DNA of 48,939 nt, from the sequence record NC_054892.1; one strand, written 5' to 3'. Positions 1 to 8,662 of this stretch are shown here, piece after piece. This DNA comes from Escherichia phage vB_EcoS_PHB17. The notes beneath the pieces were generated by a model that was not told where the DNA came from, ran no database searches, and was given only the letters and a program-made list of their open reading frames with translations. The translations under genes and the position numbers were made by a program. How positions within the stretch are numbered: position 1 is the first letter of the stretch; each line of letters begins with the position of its first letter.

Positions 1-142
1 GTGAAACCTGGTCTGCTTGAGTCAACTTTTCGCTCGCGTCACGGTGTCTTGTCTGCTTTTGTTCTATCGCGTTCACGTGTTAACCATCCGCAAAAAACGG
101 AAACAAAAAAATACAAATAGAATCCTATAACATACTAAAAAA

Positions 143-194
143 TAAGAGTATTTTATTTATATATATCTAAATATAGTTATTTGTTCACAGTGTT
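143..194. repeat. AT-rich element, copy A
   Basis: TAAGAGT..TTATTTATATATATCTA..TTGTTCACAGTGTT, shared with 30147-30200. Confidence 0.65.
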
Positions 195-199
195 CCATA

Positions 200-310
200 G
201 GTATATGGATACCCCCATATCATTTATGATTATGGTGGGTATCCATGGTTAATAAATGAACTGTTGCGCTCGCCAGGTTACATATACATATAATAGGGGG
301 TATATGGCGC
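200..310. repeat. cluster of direct and inverted GC-rich repeats
   Basis: GGTATATGG at 200 and 299; GGATACCCCCATA (207-219) imperfectly inverted as TATGGTGGGTATCC (231-244). Confidence 0.6.
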
Positions 311-490
311 AAACTCCGCAAATTAGGAACACGATTTGTAAAACACTGAAATGTAAGAAATTAAACGCTGAAACGCGTGCGCAAATTTAAAAAATCGAGT
401 TGTGAACAATCATAGACGATAAAAAACAGTTGACACGACATTAATCCACCAGCATAATGCAGCCGTCCCAACCAATCAGGAGGAAACACG

Positions 491-958
491 ATGCAAGAAC
501 AAACATTTAGCGACAATCTGCGTGGTGCGGCTCGCGCCTTGGCAAGTGGCGAGAAGGATAAAATCGTTATCCCATCCGGCGTAATTGAAATGGTTCTGGC
601 GGGCAAGAGCGCGGCTAAAAATCCAGCAAGCTATATCCGCACGACGATGAACCGAGTGCCGGAGGTGAAAGCTGTCGGCTCAATCAAGATCAAGAAAAGC
701 TATTGTGAGGATGAGGATAGCGATCACTACGGAAGTGACATTTACACACTTACGATTGTAAAAGGCGGTCGCAAAACGGTTTACACAAAGGCAGACGTTG
801 AGCGCATCAAGGCGCAAGCGGTAAGCAAGGCGGTTGAGCGATTCTTAACGCTATCCCCTAGCCTGGCAAACTACACACAAGAAGAATACGCCACTGTTGC
901 AAAAGTAATGGGCGAGATTAACGCGCTCGTTAAGGTTAACTTTGAGGTCGAGGAGTAA
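491..958 (+). CDS. hypothetical early protein (155 aa)
   Basis: ORF with AGGAGG about 8 nt upstream of ATG; first gene after the noncoding hub. Confidence 0.6.
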   Translation: MQEQTFSDNLRGAARALASGEKDKIVIPSGVIEMVLAGKSAAKNPASYIRTTMNRVPEVKAVGSIKIKKSYCEDEDSDHYGSDIYTLTIVKGGRKTVYTKADVERIKAQAVSKAVERFLTLSPSLANYTQEEYATVAKVMGEINALVKVNFEVEE

Positions 959-963
959 TCACA

Positions 964-1209
964 ATGCAATACATGAAAATCAAGCAAATGACAGACGACG
1001 CAATCAAAACCGCCTCCGCAGAGGGGAGGCTATTCAGGCTCGTAAGGTCGAATAAATCAATGCCCCTGAAAGTAAAGCCATTCGAATTGCATAAACCTGG
1101 ATGTAAATGCACAAGCGATGGTGGCGATTATTGGCCTGACTGCATGAATACCATCAACATTGCAAGGGCGGCGATTAAGAAAGGTAATTTATTCCTGGGG
1201 GTGAAGTAA
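964..1209 (+). CDS. hypothetical protein (81 aa)
   Basis: ORF; GAGGAG upstream; tightly packed after previous gene. Confidence 0.5.
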   Translation: MQYMKIKQMTDDAIKTASAEGRLFRLVRSNKSMPLKVKPFELHKPGCKCTSDGGDYWPDCMNTINIARAAIKKGNLFLGVK

Positions 1210-1529
1210 TGCAAAAGTTCAAAGTGGTGTTAGGCGCAATCATGGTTGTTGCTGGCGTCGTCATGCTGACTGGTTGCGACGGCGACACCAGGACGCCGGA
1301 ACATGCACGCATCAAAATGCAGGTTGAAACGGGAGCAGATCACAACCGCGTTAGCGTGCGCAAGTTGACAGAGTTTGCTGACGGCCTGGCGTACAACGAC
1401 AAGCGCGGGATTTACCTTATCACCGATAAGCAAACGGGCAAGGAATACATTGGCGTTTCTGGTGTCGGTATCACCGAAACAGGATCGCACGCTTGCGGAA
1501 AGGGTTGCACACGCCAGGATGAGCGATAG
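1209..1529 (+). CDS. putative lipoprotein (106 aa)
   Basis: N-terminal hydrophobic segment ending in lipobox LTGC followed by Asp at +2 (CDGD); start overlaps previous stop. Confidence 0.6.
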   Translation: MQKFKVVLGAIMVVAGVVMLTGCDGDTRTPEHARIKMQVETGADHNRVSVRKLTEFADGLAYNDKRGIYLITDKQTGKEYIGVSGVGITETGSHACGKGCTRQDER

Positions 1530-1545
1530 CACTTTTTGTTAAAAC
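1526..1545 (+). promoter_or_regulatory. conserved motif copy ATAGCACTTTTTGTTAAAAC
   Basis: Begins on TAG stop of lipoprotein gene; followed by hairpin GGGGTT..AACCCC containing TATAGT. Confidence 0.5.
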
Positions 1546-1600
1546 TCGATCAGGGGGTTGCGATATAGTAACCCCATCGAAACGAAACGAGGATTGCAAA

Positions 1601-1759
1601 ATGGTTACTCTGATTACCTGGGAACACGAAAACAGCCAGCCGGAAGCACGCGAGTTTGAAACGGTTGCTGCTTGCTATCACCTGGCGGCGAATGGCGGTT
1701 TTTACAAGGCGCAGATTGTTAACGAATTTGGAGTTGTTGATTATGAGTTCCACGCCTGA
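1601..1759 (+). CDS. small hypothetical protein (52 aa)
   Basis: ATG 1601 with GAGGA upstream, sits downstream of motif plus hairpin module; below ORF-track size cutoff. Confidence 0.3.
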   Translation: MVTLITWEHENSQPEAREFETVAACYHLAANGGFYKAQIVNEFGVVDYEFHA

Positions 1760-2033
1760 TTTCACCAGCTATACAGCAACGGTTGATTTTGAGGGGTTGA
1801 AATTACCCCTCCCGAACGTGTGCCGATACATAACGCGCGATGAGTTCGGCTTTATCCAGGCCTGGGCGAATAGGCCAACCAAAAACACGGAGCACGGCGG
1901 CTTTGGTGATGGAGAGTTTACGCCGATCACGTTAGGACACCAGCGCGGAGACAATCCCGTTGTTATGCGCAAATATCGCCGCAGCCGTAGTAACTGCCTT
2001 ATCTCAATTTTTGGCATCATTCCGCCACGATAG
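1743..2033 (+). CDS. hypothetical protein (96 aa)
   Basis: In-frame ATG 1743 (MSSTPDF) overlapping stop of the 52-aa ORF; longer track start 1656 lacks RBS. Confidence 0.45.
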   Translation: MSSTPDFTSYTATVDFEGLKLPLPNVCRYITRDEFGFIQAWANRPTKNTEHGGFGDGEFTPITLGHQRGDNPVVMRKYRRSRSNCLISIFGIIPPR

Positions 2034-2049
2034 CACGAATTGCTAAAAC
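2030..2049 (+). promoter_or_regulatory. conserved motif copy ATAGCACGAATTGCTAAAAC
   Basis: Overlaps TAG stop; followed by hairpin CCAGG..CCTGG and CATAAT. Confidence 0.5.
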
Positions 2050-2104
2050 AGCCAGGTGAAAGCCTGGCATAATAGCCCCAACGACAACAAACGAGGAAAG
2101 CACA

Positions 2105-2350
2105 ATGAAAAACGTAACCGTAAAACTCATCAACCACGGCGGCTATGATGGATTGAAACACCTGGAATTCCCAATCGAGGTGCAAGGAAAATTGCATGAG
2201 GCCTTGGGTTACATCGATGTGCCAATGAGTGAGCTTGAGCGTATCGGGTACGACAAAGTAAAAGGCCAGATCGCAGAGGTCAAGGATTGCGCAGAGGGTA
2301 GCGACGATTTGACATTCTTCCAGGGTAGCGAGGCGGTAGTAATCGGCTAA
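2105..2350 (+). CDS. hypothetical protein (81 aa)
   Basis: ORF with GAGGAA upstream; preceded by motif and hairpin. Confidence 0.5.
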   Translation: MKNVTVKLINHGGYDGLKHLEFPIEVQGKLHEALGYIDVPMSELERIGYDKVKGQIAEVKDCAEGSDDLTFFQGSEAVVIG

Positions 2351-2370
2351 ATAGCACGAAATGTTAAAAG
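2351..2370 (+). promoter_or_regulatory. conserved motif copy ATAGCACGAAATGTTAAAAG
   Basis: Directly after TAA stop; hairpin GGGGATT..AATCCCC containing TATAAT. Confidence 0.5.
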
Positions 2371-2426
2371 GGGATTTGCTCTGAGCGGTATAATCCCCAC
2401 ATCGAAACAACACAGAGGAACACAAA

Positions 2427-2597
2427 ATGAAATCTCGCGAATATCGTAACATCAACAATTCCCTGGTCTACTGGCTGGAGAACGGCGAGGTTTTGGTTCG
2501 ACATCCAGAAACAGGAAAAGTGATCCGTTCAGGATATAGCGCGGAGACTTTCTTTGTGATGGTTGGCAACGACACGCTGGAATTGATTGAAGAATGA
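2427..2597 (+). CDS. small hypothetical protein (56 aa)
   Basis: ATG 2427 with AGAGGAA upstream after motif and hairpin; below track cutoff. Confidence 0.35.
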   Translation: MKSREYRNINNSLVYWLENGEVLVRHPETGKVIRSGYSAETFFVMVGNDTLELIEE

Positions 2598-2676
2598 GCG
2601 CATTAACTTTCTTTCATGCCGTCACCTGGGCGGCGTTGTTCACCTGGCTATTCACTCACTACTAACGGAGAGATTC

Positions 2677-3216
2677 ATGATTGAGTTTGAAATTTGGGGC
2701 AAGACCTACCGCCTACCAACGCCAAACAAAGGGGTTGTGATTGTCGATTATGATGGCACGCTTTCGGACGGTGCGCACCGCTTGCACCTGTTGCCAACAA
2801 AGGATCTGCATTTAACTGAATCCTGGAGTGAGTTTAATCGCGCGGCAATTCACGACACGCCAATCAGAGATACGATAGCCGTAATCAATGGCCTTTGGGT
2901 ATCCGGTTTCGCCGTTATCGTGCTAACAGGCCGTAGCGATGAGGTAGAGCGTGAATCTCACGAATGGCTAAACTACCACGGCGTCAAATACGATTACATG
3001 ATCATGCGCCGCGCCACTGATAACCGCAAAGACACGATCATCAAAGAGGAGGTGTTACGCGCGATAGGGCTTGAAAACATCGTGTGCGCCTTTGACGATT
3101 CGCCGTCTGTTATCCCATTTATGCGCAGCCTGGGGATCACAACATACGCGGTCACGCATTACGAGCAACCGCATTCACATTTGCAGAGTCACGGCGTGGA
3201 GGAGTTGCCAGAATGA
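2677..3216 (+). CDS. HAD-superfamily phosphatase / nucleotidase-like protein (179 aa)
   Basis: HAD motif I VIVDYDGTL, motif II VLTGR, C-terminal DDS; GGAG RBS before ATG 2677. Confidence 0.65.
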   Translation: MIEFEIWGKTYRLPTPNKGVVIVDYDGTLSDGAHRLHLLPTKDLHLTESWSEFNRAAIHDTPIRDTIAVINGLWVSGFAVIVLTGRSDEVERESHEWLNYHGVKYDYMIMRRATDNRKDTIIKEEVLRAIGLENIVCAFDDSPSVIPFMRSLGITTYAVTHYEQPHSHLQSHGVEELPE

Positions 3217-3368
3217 TTAGCGCATGGTTTTTGGTGTCGATCACATATTACTGCGGGTTGCAGCCGATTGAATTTACCAGCCACAAGGCTTGCATTGAGG
3301 CGCGGGAGACTATCAAAAAGAACACTCCAGGCAGTTGGGCTAATATTTACGTTTGCGTGAAGAAATAG
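3213..3368 (+). CDS. small hydrophobic protein (51 aa)
   Basis: ATG overlaps stop of phosphatase gene (ATGA); hydrophobic N-terminus. Confidence 0.3.
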   Translation: MISAWFLVSITYYCGLQPIEFTSHKACIEARETIKKNTPGSWANIYVCVKK

Positions 3369-3381
3369 AGGGTTTATCGAA

Positions 3382-3564
3382 ATGATGCAAGACAAGTACG
3401 GCGATCACATTCGCATTTACACCACGGAAAGCAAGCAAAACGTTTTTGTTGATTGCTCCTATGAGGATTCACCGGAAAAACTACAGTTTCGCGCCGTCCT
3501 GGGCTTGCGTGAAGCCAGGGAGCTTGTGCGGCAATTGCAAAAGGCAATGGGAGAGCTTGAGTAA
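3382..3564 (+). CDS. hypothetical protein (60 aa)
   Basis: ORF in operon context. Confidence 0.4.
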   Translation: MMQDKYGDHIRIYTTESKQNVFVDCSYEDSPEKLQFRAVLGLREARELVRQLQKAMGELE

Positions 3565-3637
3565 TGAGCACAACACAAATGATTGTCCTGGCGGCAATCA
3601 TGATCACCAACAGCATTGTAATTTCGTTGCTTATCCA

Positions 3638-3657
3638 ATAGCACGAATTGCTAAAAC
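3638..3657 (+). promoter_or_regulatory. conserved motif copy ATAGCACGAATTGCTAAAAC
   Basis: Exact consensus; followed by hairpin with TATAGT. Confidence 0.5.
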
Positions 3658-3711
3658 ACGAAATCGTGGTTGCGGTATAGTAACCAAATACCAAACAACG
3701 AGGAACTAAGC

Positions 3712-3969
3712 ATGAAAACTTTAGAGCAGATTTTCACCGAAATTGAAAAGCACGGCGTTACCGCCAAAAACAAGATCTTAACCAGTGGCGCAACTCACCT
3801 GGCGCAAGATAGCGACGGCGCTGTTTACGGCTACAAGGGAAAGCCAAAGCACATGCAGGATTTTGAAGAATGGCAATCCGGCGACGGTGAAGATAGCCGC
3901 GCTGTGATTTATTGCGGCGAGTTTGCAGAGCCGGAAAACTGGAAAGTGTGTGTTTGGGAATTACCATAA
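3712..3969 (+). CDS. hypothetical protein (85 aa)
   Basis: ATG 3712 (MKTLEQ) with ACGAGGAA RBS, downstream of motif and hairpin. Confidence 0.5.
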   Translation: MKTLEQIFTEIEKHGVTAKNKILTSGATHLAQDSDGAVYGYKGKPKHMQDFEEWQSGDGEDSRAVIYCGEFAEPENWKVCVWELP

Positions 3970-4032
3970 GACTTTCCGCAAGGCTGTTTTCGAGCGGCCT
4001 TATTGAAAGCAACCAACAAAGGAGAAATGAGA

Positions 4033-4611
4033 ATGGCTAAAATCATCGTACTGAATGCACCGCCAGGAGCGGGAAAGGACACAATCGGAGGGCTGGTTAA
4101 AGATGAGTCGCCAGTGCCTTTGCGCCTGTTGAGCTTCAAAGAGCCAATGTTTGAAATTGCGCTCGCTATCCTGGGGCCTGGTAAGTATCGCGATTTCTTG
4201 ACGGCATACAACGACCGCGAGCAGAAAGAAAAGCCGCATGACTTCCTGAATGGTATGACTTGCCGCGAGTTCATGATCTGGATTAGTGAGGACGTGATGA
4301 AGCCGCGATTTGGTAATGGGTATTTCGGCAAGCGGTTTGCAGAGGAAGCGGAGCGCAACGACATTCCAGTTATTTGCACCGATGGCGGATTCCCTGACGA
4401 AATCATAGAGTTAATACGTGGCGGTCATGAGGTGAAAGTTTGCCGACTACATCGCCAGGGTTACACCTTTCAGGGAGATAGCCGCGATTACATCCGAATC
4501 AGTAGCGCGCGCGACAACGCCAGTGGATGCCGTGAATATGATTACACGTTGACGGATGGCAATCCAATGCAAACGGTGCGTCAAATTATCGCTGACCACC
4601 TGGCGAAATAG
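4033..4611 (+). CDS. P-loop nucleotide kinase (dNMP kinase-like, 192 aa)
   Basis: Walker A NAPPGAGKDT close to N-terminus, resembling phage deoxynucleoside monophosphate kinases; AAAGGAG RBS. Confidence 0.6.
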   Translation: MAKIIVLNAPPGAGKDTIGGLVKDESPVPLRLLSFKEPMFEIALAILGPGKYRDFLTAYNDREQKEKPHDFLNGMTCREFMIWISEDVMKPRFGNGYFGKRFAEEAERNDIPVICTDGGFPDEIIELIRGGHEVKVCRLHRQGYTFQGDSRDYIRISSARDNASGCREYDYTLTDGNPMQTVRQIIADHLAK

Positions 4612-4627
4612 CACGAATTGCTAAAAG
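4608..4627 (+). promoter_or_regulatory. conserved motif copy ATAGCACGAATTGCTAAAAG
   Basis: Overlaps TAG stop of kinase gene; TATAAT at 4646-4651. Confidence 0.5.
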
Positions 4628-4681
4628 CGTGGCGAAAGGCTCCGCTATAATGCACACATACCAACAAAAGAGGAACACAAG

Positions 4682-5083
4682 ATGAAGAAAGAAATCCTGA
4701 AGTTAGGCAAAGGCTCCGTCATGCGCTGCATTAATTCAGATCTGAATTGCTTTAAGGTTGGCGAGAACTACATCACCGGAAAGCGACTGTTTATCGGAAA
4801 TCGCCATATCGGGATCGGTCGATTCATAGTGAACCACCACAAAAACGGCTATTTCGGCATTGAGGATTTGAGCGGCGTTATCGCGCGTTTCGTACTGGTC
4901 AAGGATAGCAAAGGCCGTTATGCGAAACACGACACTAAGCCTAACCCACACAAAGACCGTCGAAACGGCAAGCGCGATGCTCGACGCTTCCGCCGCTACG
5001 CTCGCCAGATGTTGAAGTGTGACAAACCAGGCACTTTGGAGTATAAAGTTATCTCAAATTTGGCGCGTAACGTAGGGAAATGA
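4682..5083 (+). CDS. hypothetical protein (133 aa)
   Basis: ORF with AAGAGGAA RBS after motif and hairpin. Confidence 0.5.
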   Translation: MKKEILKLGKGSVMRCINSDLNCFKVGENYITGKRLFIGNRHIGIGRFIVNHHKNGYFGIEDLSGVIARFVLVKDSKGRYAKHDTKPNPHKDRRNGKRDARRFRRYARQMLKCDKPGTLEYKVISNLARNVGK

Positions 5084-5173
5084 CATGCACGCAAAACCAC
5101 CATTTGATTTTCACAAGGCCGTTTTAATCGGCCTTACCATTCTAACAGTGATGTACAGCATAAGGGGTGTTCT

Positions 5174-5425
5174 ATGGTTCGCAACGCATTAAAACGACTC
5201 ATCAAACCAGTTTACCGCGTGGTTGTGGAAATGAGTGAGAGCGGCGCGGTATACGTCCAGCGTAAAAACATGTTCGGTAATGGCTGGCACTATATCAGCG
5301 ATGTGTTCGGCGCGATTGAGTTTGAAAGCGTCGTTAGCGCCTGGGCTTACATCGAAGTGATGCACGAATACCGAGAATATGAATGCTCTATTCTGATCCG
5401 GTTTGATTGCGAGGGTTTAGAATAA
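5174..5425 (+). CDS. hypothetical protein (83 aa)
   Basis: ORF with AAGGGG upstream. Confidence 0.5.
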   Translation: MVRNALKRLIKPVYRVVVEMSESGAVYVQRKNMFGNGWHYISDVFGAIEFESVVSAWAYIEVMHEYREYECSILIRFDCEGLE

Positions 5426-5607
5426 TGTGGAACTGGAAAAAGCTGTTACTGACCGTTTTTCTTGCCCTGCTTGGTTCAACGCTGATTGAAGGTTTTACTA
5501 ACTTCCTGGGTGCGTTGGTTATGGCAATCGCCTATTCGATCCCGTCCTACTATGACGGCAAGAAAGCCGGAGGCCGTGAAGTGTTCGAGCTAATCAAGCG
5601 CAAATAG
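5425..5607 (+). CDS. small membrane protein (60 aa)
   Basis: ATG 5425 overlapping previous stop; two hydrophobic helices; stop TAG is part of motif copy. Confidence 0.45.
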   Translation: MWNWKKLLLTVFLALLGSTLIEGFTNFLGALVMAIAYSIPSYYDGKKAGGREVFELIKRK

Positions 5608-5623
5608 CACGAATTGCTAAAAC
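5604..5623 (+). promoter_or_regulatory. conserved motif copy ATAGCACGAATTGCTAAAAC
   Basis: Overlaps TAG stop; hairpin AGGAGCA..TGCTCCT containing TTATAG. Confidence 0.5.
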
Positions 5624-5688
5624 TAAATCAGGAGCATTTGTTATAGTGCTCCTCGTTGAGTTAAGCAACCAATCAAGGAGAAAAGGAA

Positions 5689-5970
5689 ATGGCAAGCATC
5701 CGTAAACACCTGGTCAACGCATTTGAGAATTTCGCAATCAGCATGGGCTGGGAGGATAGCGCAAAGCATAAACGCGGTATTCGTCATTGTGGCTATAAGA
5801 ATTCCCGCCAGTGGGCACGAATGATGGCTGAGATTTACGAGGAGCCGTTAAGCGTTGGCGGCTGGAATAGCGCAATCATCGAAATGATCGAGGAGGCGGC
5901 GCGTACCGATACCCCGCTAACGCAACACGACTACGACGCATTTGTAGAGGAGGAAATTTCATGCTGGTAA
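5689..5970 (+). CDS. hypothetical protein (93 aa)
   Basis: ORF with AAGGAG RBS after motif and hairpin. Confidence 0.5.
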   Translation: MASIRKHLVNAFENFAISMGWEDSAKHKRGIRHCGYKNSRQWARMMAEIYEEPLSVGGWNSAIIEMIEEAARTDTPLTQHDYDAFVEEEISCW

Positions 5971-6176
5971 GTGAAATGCCGAAAACGGTTAAGATTCGCA
6001 CTGATTACAACGGCTCGCCGTGGATTCAGGCGAACAAGGTTTACGAGGCAACGTTAGAGGAAACTGGTAACTTTGCCGGATGTTATAAAGCAATGGGCGA
6101 GCTTAAATCGCCTTTCTATACGCGGCTTGAACATTCCGTTCATATCGGCGGTCAAGATTGGGAGATTGTAGAATGA
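5961..6176 (+). CDS. hypothetical protein (71 aa)
   Basis: ORF with GAGGAGG RBS, overlaps previous gene. Confidence 0.5.
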   Translation: MLVSEMPKTVKIRTDYNGSPWIQANKVYEATLEETGNFAGCYKAMGELKSPFYTRLEHSVHIGGQDWEIVE

Positions 6177-6913
6177 AATACGTAAAACCTACCACTAACG
6201 GCGTTGATTTCACGGCTGGCAAACTTTACGAAGTGATCAAAGAGATTTCAGGCGCTCGCGTTATCGTTAAAAACGACGAAGGGGAGGAGGTTATTGTAAG
6301 GATTGACGGAAAAGAATCAGTGCGCCTTAATTGGCCTGGAAAGTTCAACCTGGTTGAATTCCCCACTATTTCGGAAGCCGTTAAACATGTAACGGCGTCA
6401 GTGTTGAGAACTGAGTGCAATCCGGGCGGAACCATCTATAACGCAGTGAGAGAAAGTGATCACTTAAAGGCGGCTCGCCAAATCGCTGATAACGCGGCAA
6501 AGCTGGCGGCTCAAGTTGCATACCCGAAAAACGGTTATTTCCTCAATAGCAAAGGCCAGTTGGAGCAGTGGCAGAATGGGGAGCTTGTTGTGACAATCGG
6601 CAACGTTGATTCTACGGCGGCAAAAGGTGAGGGTTGGCGCGTTCACAATGCAGGTATGCAAATCACTAGCGGAAACTTTAAACCGAGAGAGCTAACCGTT
6701 GTCCTGAATGGTAAGCAGTACACCGAAAGCCAGATCGCAAAGCTGGAAAAGGAAGCGGAACAACACAAGGCTGATTGCATCAAGGCGGAGGCTGTTATTG
6801 ATCAGCTTTATGACATGTTTCCGCAAGTGCGAAATGCAGAGCAACTAATTGCAGCCGTCAAGAGTGCGAAAATCTTCTCTGATGCGTTTCTTGAACTGCA
6901 AAAAGTCAAATAG
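6173..6913 (+). CDS. hypothetical protein (246 aa)
   Basis: ATG 6173 overlapping previous stop; long ORF ending in TAG of motif copy. Confidence 0.55.
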   Translation: MKYVKPTTNGVDFTAGKLYEVIKEISGARVIVKNDEGEEVIVRIDGKESVRLNWPGKFNLVEFPTISEAVKHVTASVLRTECNPGGTIYNAVRESDHLKAARQIADNAAKLAAQVAYPKNGYFLNSKGQLEQWQNGELVVTIGNVDSTAAKGEGWRVHNAGMQITSGNFKPRELTVVLNGKQYTESQIAKLEKEAEQHKADCIKAEAVIDQLYDMFPQVRNAEQLIAAVKSAKIFSDAFLELQKVK

Positions 6914-6929
6914 CACGAATTGCTAAAAC
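6910..6929 (+). promoter_or_regulatory. conserved motif copy ATAGCACGAATTGCTAAAAC
   Basis: Overlaps TAG stop; hairpin GAGGACA..TGTCCTC. Confidence 0.5.
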
Positions 6930-6989
6930 TTCCGCGAGGACATTTGTTAAAGTGTCCTCATTGAAGCGAAGCACACAAAGGAGCTTAAA

Positions 6990-7202
6990 ATGAAAATTCG
7001 AATCACCAAAGTTGACATTGACCGCAACGACGGAAGTATTACCCTGGAGCAATGCGGGTTTAAAGTTGGTGACATTGTGGAGGTTGACGGATTCTTTCGC
7101 GATGGTTCTTACTGCGTGTTAGCAATCCGCAACACAGAAGAAATCCGAATCGGTGATAACATCGGCGTAAACCATGACGAATGCGAGGTAGTAGAAGAAT
7201 GA
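6990..7202 (+). CDS. hypothetical protein (70 aa)
   Basis: ORF with AAAGGAG RBS. Confidence 0.5.
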   Translation: MKIRITKVDIDRNDGSITLEQCGFKVGDIVEVDGFFRDGSYCVLAIRNTEEIRIGDNIGVNHDECEVVEE

Positions 7203-7435
7203 TCACGATTAACCTTTCACGCGAGCAAGCAGAAATTTTTATGAGCACAGTTGGCGAATTCGCCACGATTAACGGTGTTGTAGCTGAAATCTCAAGCCAG
7301 ATTGAAAATCAGATTTTCCCGCGCACAACTGATGCGGCAGGGCTGGCTGTGTGGAAGCACGAAAGCGGATTGAATGATCGACTGATTGAGCAGTGGAAGC
7401 GCAAACACGAAACGGCGGAGGAGGTGGGGTTATGA
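7199..7435 (+). CDS. hypothetical protein (78 aa)
   Basis: ATG 7199 overlapping previous stop (ATGA). Confidence 0.45.
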   Translation: MITINLSREQAEIFMSTVGEFATINGVVAEISSQIENQIFPRTTDAAGLAVWKHESGLNDRLIEQWKRKHETAEEVGL

Positions 7436-7755
7436 TTTGGATTCATCGCTTTGAAATGTCAAGCGGTCACGGAAAGCGCCAGGTAACGAAAGTTTATGAT
7501 CGAGATGATGTGGCGCTTGAGAATCAAATGCTTTTGGGCGGAGAGCTTGAGGAGTACGAATCTGTTGCACTAATCCAGGCAATCAACGATCTGGTTTTAG
7601 ATGAGGTTTCTTGTCTAATTGACGACATGAGCACTCCAGGTTTAGGATCGCCGCGAGAACTTGAGGCGGGTTCGCCGGAGTGGGATTGTTGGAAGGTTAA
7701 AACGCTCAACAACATTCGAAACATCCTTTATGGAAAATTTGAAAAAATAGCATAG
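7432..7755 (+). CDS. hypothetical acidic protein (107 aa)
   Basis: ATG 7432 after GGAGGAGG; D/E-rich. Confidence 0.5.
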   Translation: MIWIHRFEMSSGHGKRQVTKVYDRDDVALENQMLLGGELEEYESVALIQAINDLVLDEVSCLIDDMSTPGLGSPRELEAGSPEWDCWKVKTLNNIRNILYGKFEKIA

Positions 7756-7759
7756 TGTG

Positions 7760-7795
7760 AAAGCGCCTCAAACGCATTCTAAGAGGCGCTAAATT
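7760..7795 (+). terminator. terminator-like hairpin
   Basis: GCGCCTC..GAGGCGC stem with 13-nt loop and weak T tract. Confidence 0.35.
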
Positions 7796-7940
7796 TAGCA
7801 AGGTGATTGCATGGATAACTACGAAAAACCGTCGCAGTGGTGCGCACGTAAGCAAAATGAAGCATTAGAGACTGGCGACCAACAAGCCGCTTTAAATTAC
7901 TTTCAGATGTATCAACTATGGGTTAGCAGAGGGCTTTAAA

Positions 7941-8171
7941 ATGTTTGGACTGAATGAAGCGCATTGGAATGTTGTTAAGCGTGCGGCGCGTGGCTTGAAT
8001 GATGCGATCAGTGAGCTACCGAAAGAGCAGCGCAAAAACGAGAAGGTTGTAATTGACGTGATCACCAAACATCACAAACCTGTTGAGCTTTTGATTGATC
8101 GCTACAAGTTTGTTTGGACTGCTGGTTATCTGGCGGGGCGTGTTGGTTCGAAAAGTGCGGATTACGAATAA
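7941..8171 (+). CDS. hypothetical protein (76 aa)
   Basis: ORF after small 42-aa ORF (7811-7939). Confidence 0.45.
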   Translation: MFGLNEAHWNVVKRAARGLNDAISELPKEQRKNEKVVIDVITKHHKPVELLIDRYKFVWTAGYLAGRVGSKSADYE

Positions 8172-8175
8172 GCTG

Positions 8176-8204
8176 TTGACTATAGCCGCGCTGATTGGTA
8201 ACAT
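8176..8204 (+). promoter_or_regulatory. candidate sigma70-like promoter TTGACT-N17-TAACAT
   Basis: Hexamers in intergenic region 8172-8335. Confidence 0.3.
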
Positions 8205-8335
8205 TCACCACGTAAACAAAAGAGCGGCCTAGCAGCCGAACGAGTAGCGCGATAGCTACACGACAACGTCGGCGTGCATGGTGTTTTCGCCCTATAAGAC
8301 GCGTCGCCATTTTTACCCATTCAGGAGTAAACGCA

Positions 8336-8494
8336 ATGACAAAAGAAGTCGCAAAGGTAACAATCATCATTGAGCGAAACGGCGTAAAAACCAAATTCAA
8401 AAAGCGCTTCAAGAAAGGCGATGCCGCATTAGGCCGTGTTGGTGACTTCATGATCAAGTTGCAGGAAGATAAACCGGATGAAGTGGAAAGTTAA
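8336..8494 (+). CDS. small basic protein (52 aa)
   Basis: ATG 8336 with CAGGAG RBS; below track cutoff. Confidence 0.3.
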   Translation: MTKEVAKVTIIIERNGVKTKFKKRFKKGDAALGRVGDFMIKLQEDKPDEVES

Positions 8495-8662
8495 ATTAAC
8501 GATCCGTCGCATGGGGCGCAATTGCTCCTCATGCCGTCAAGAATTCGAATGCGAGGTTGAAGCGCAAAACACTGTTGACGCGATTCAATGCGCTAAAGTT
8601 CTATCAGGTGCAGATCCAGAAACGCACCAGTTTTCAATAAACTTTGTAAGAGGTATTTAATC

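Noticed and set aside
1769-2458. 229-aa minus-strand ORF
   Set aside because: Antisense to three plus-strand genes that each have RBS and motif/hairpin signals; no RBS of its own.
3909-4406. 165-aa minus-strand ORF
   Set aside because: Antisense to the kinase gene, which has a Walker A motif and an RBS.
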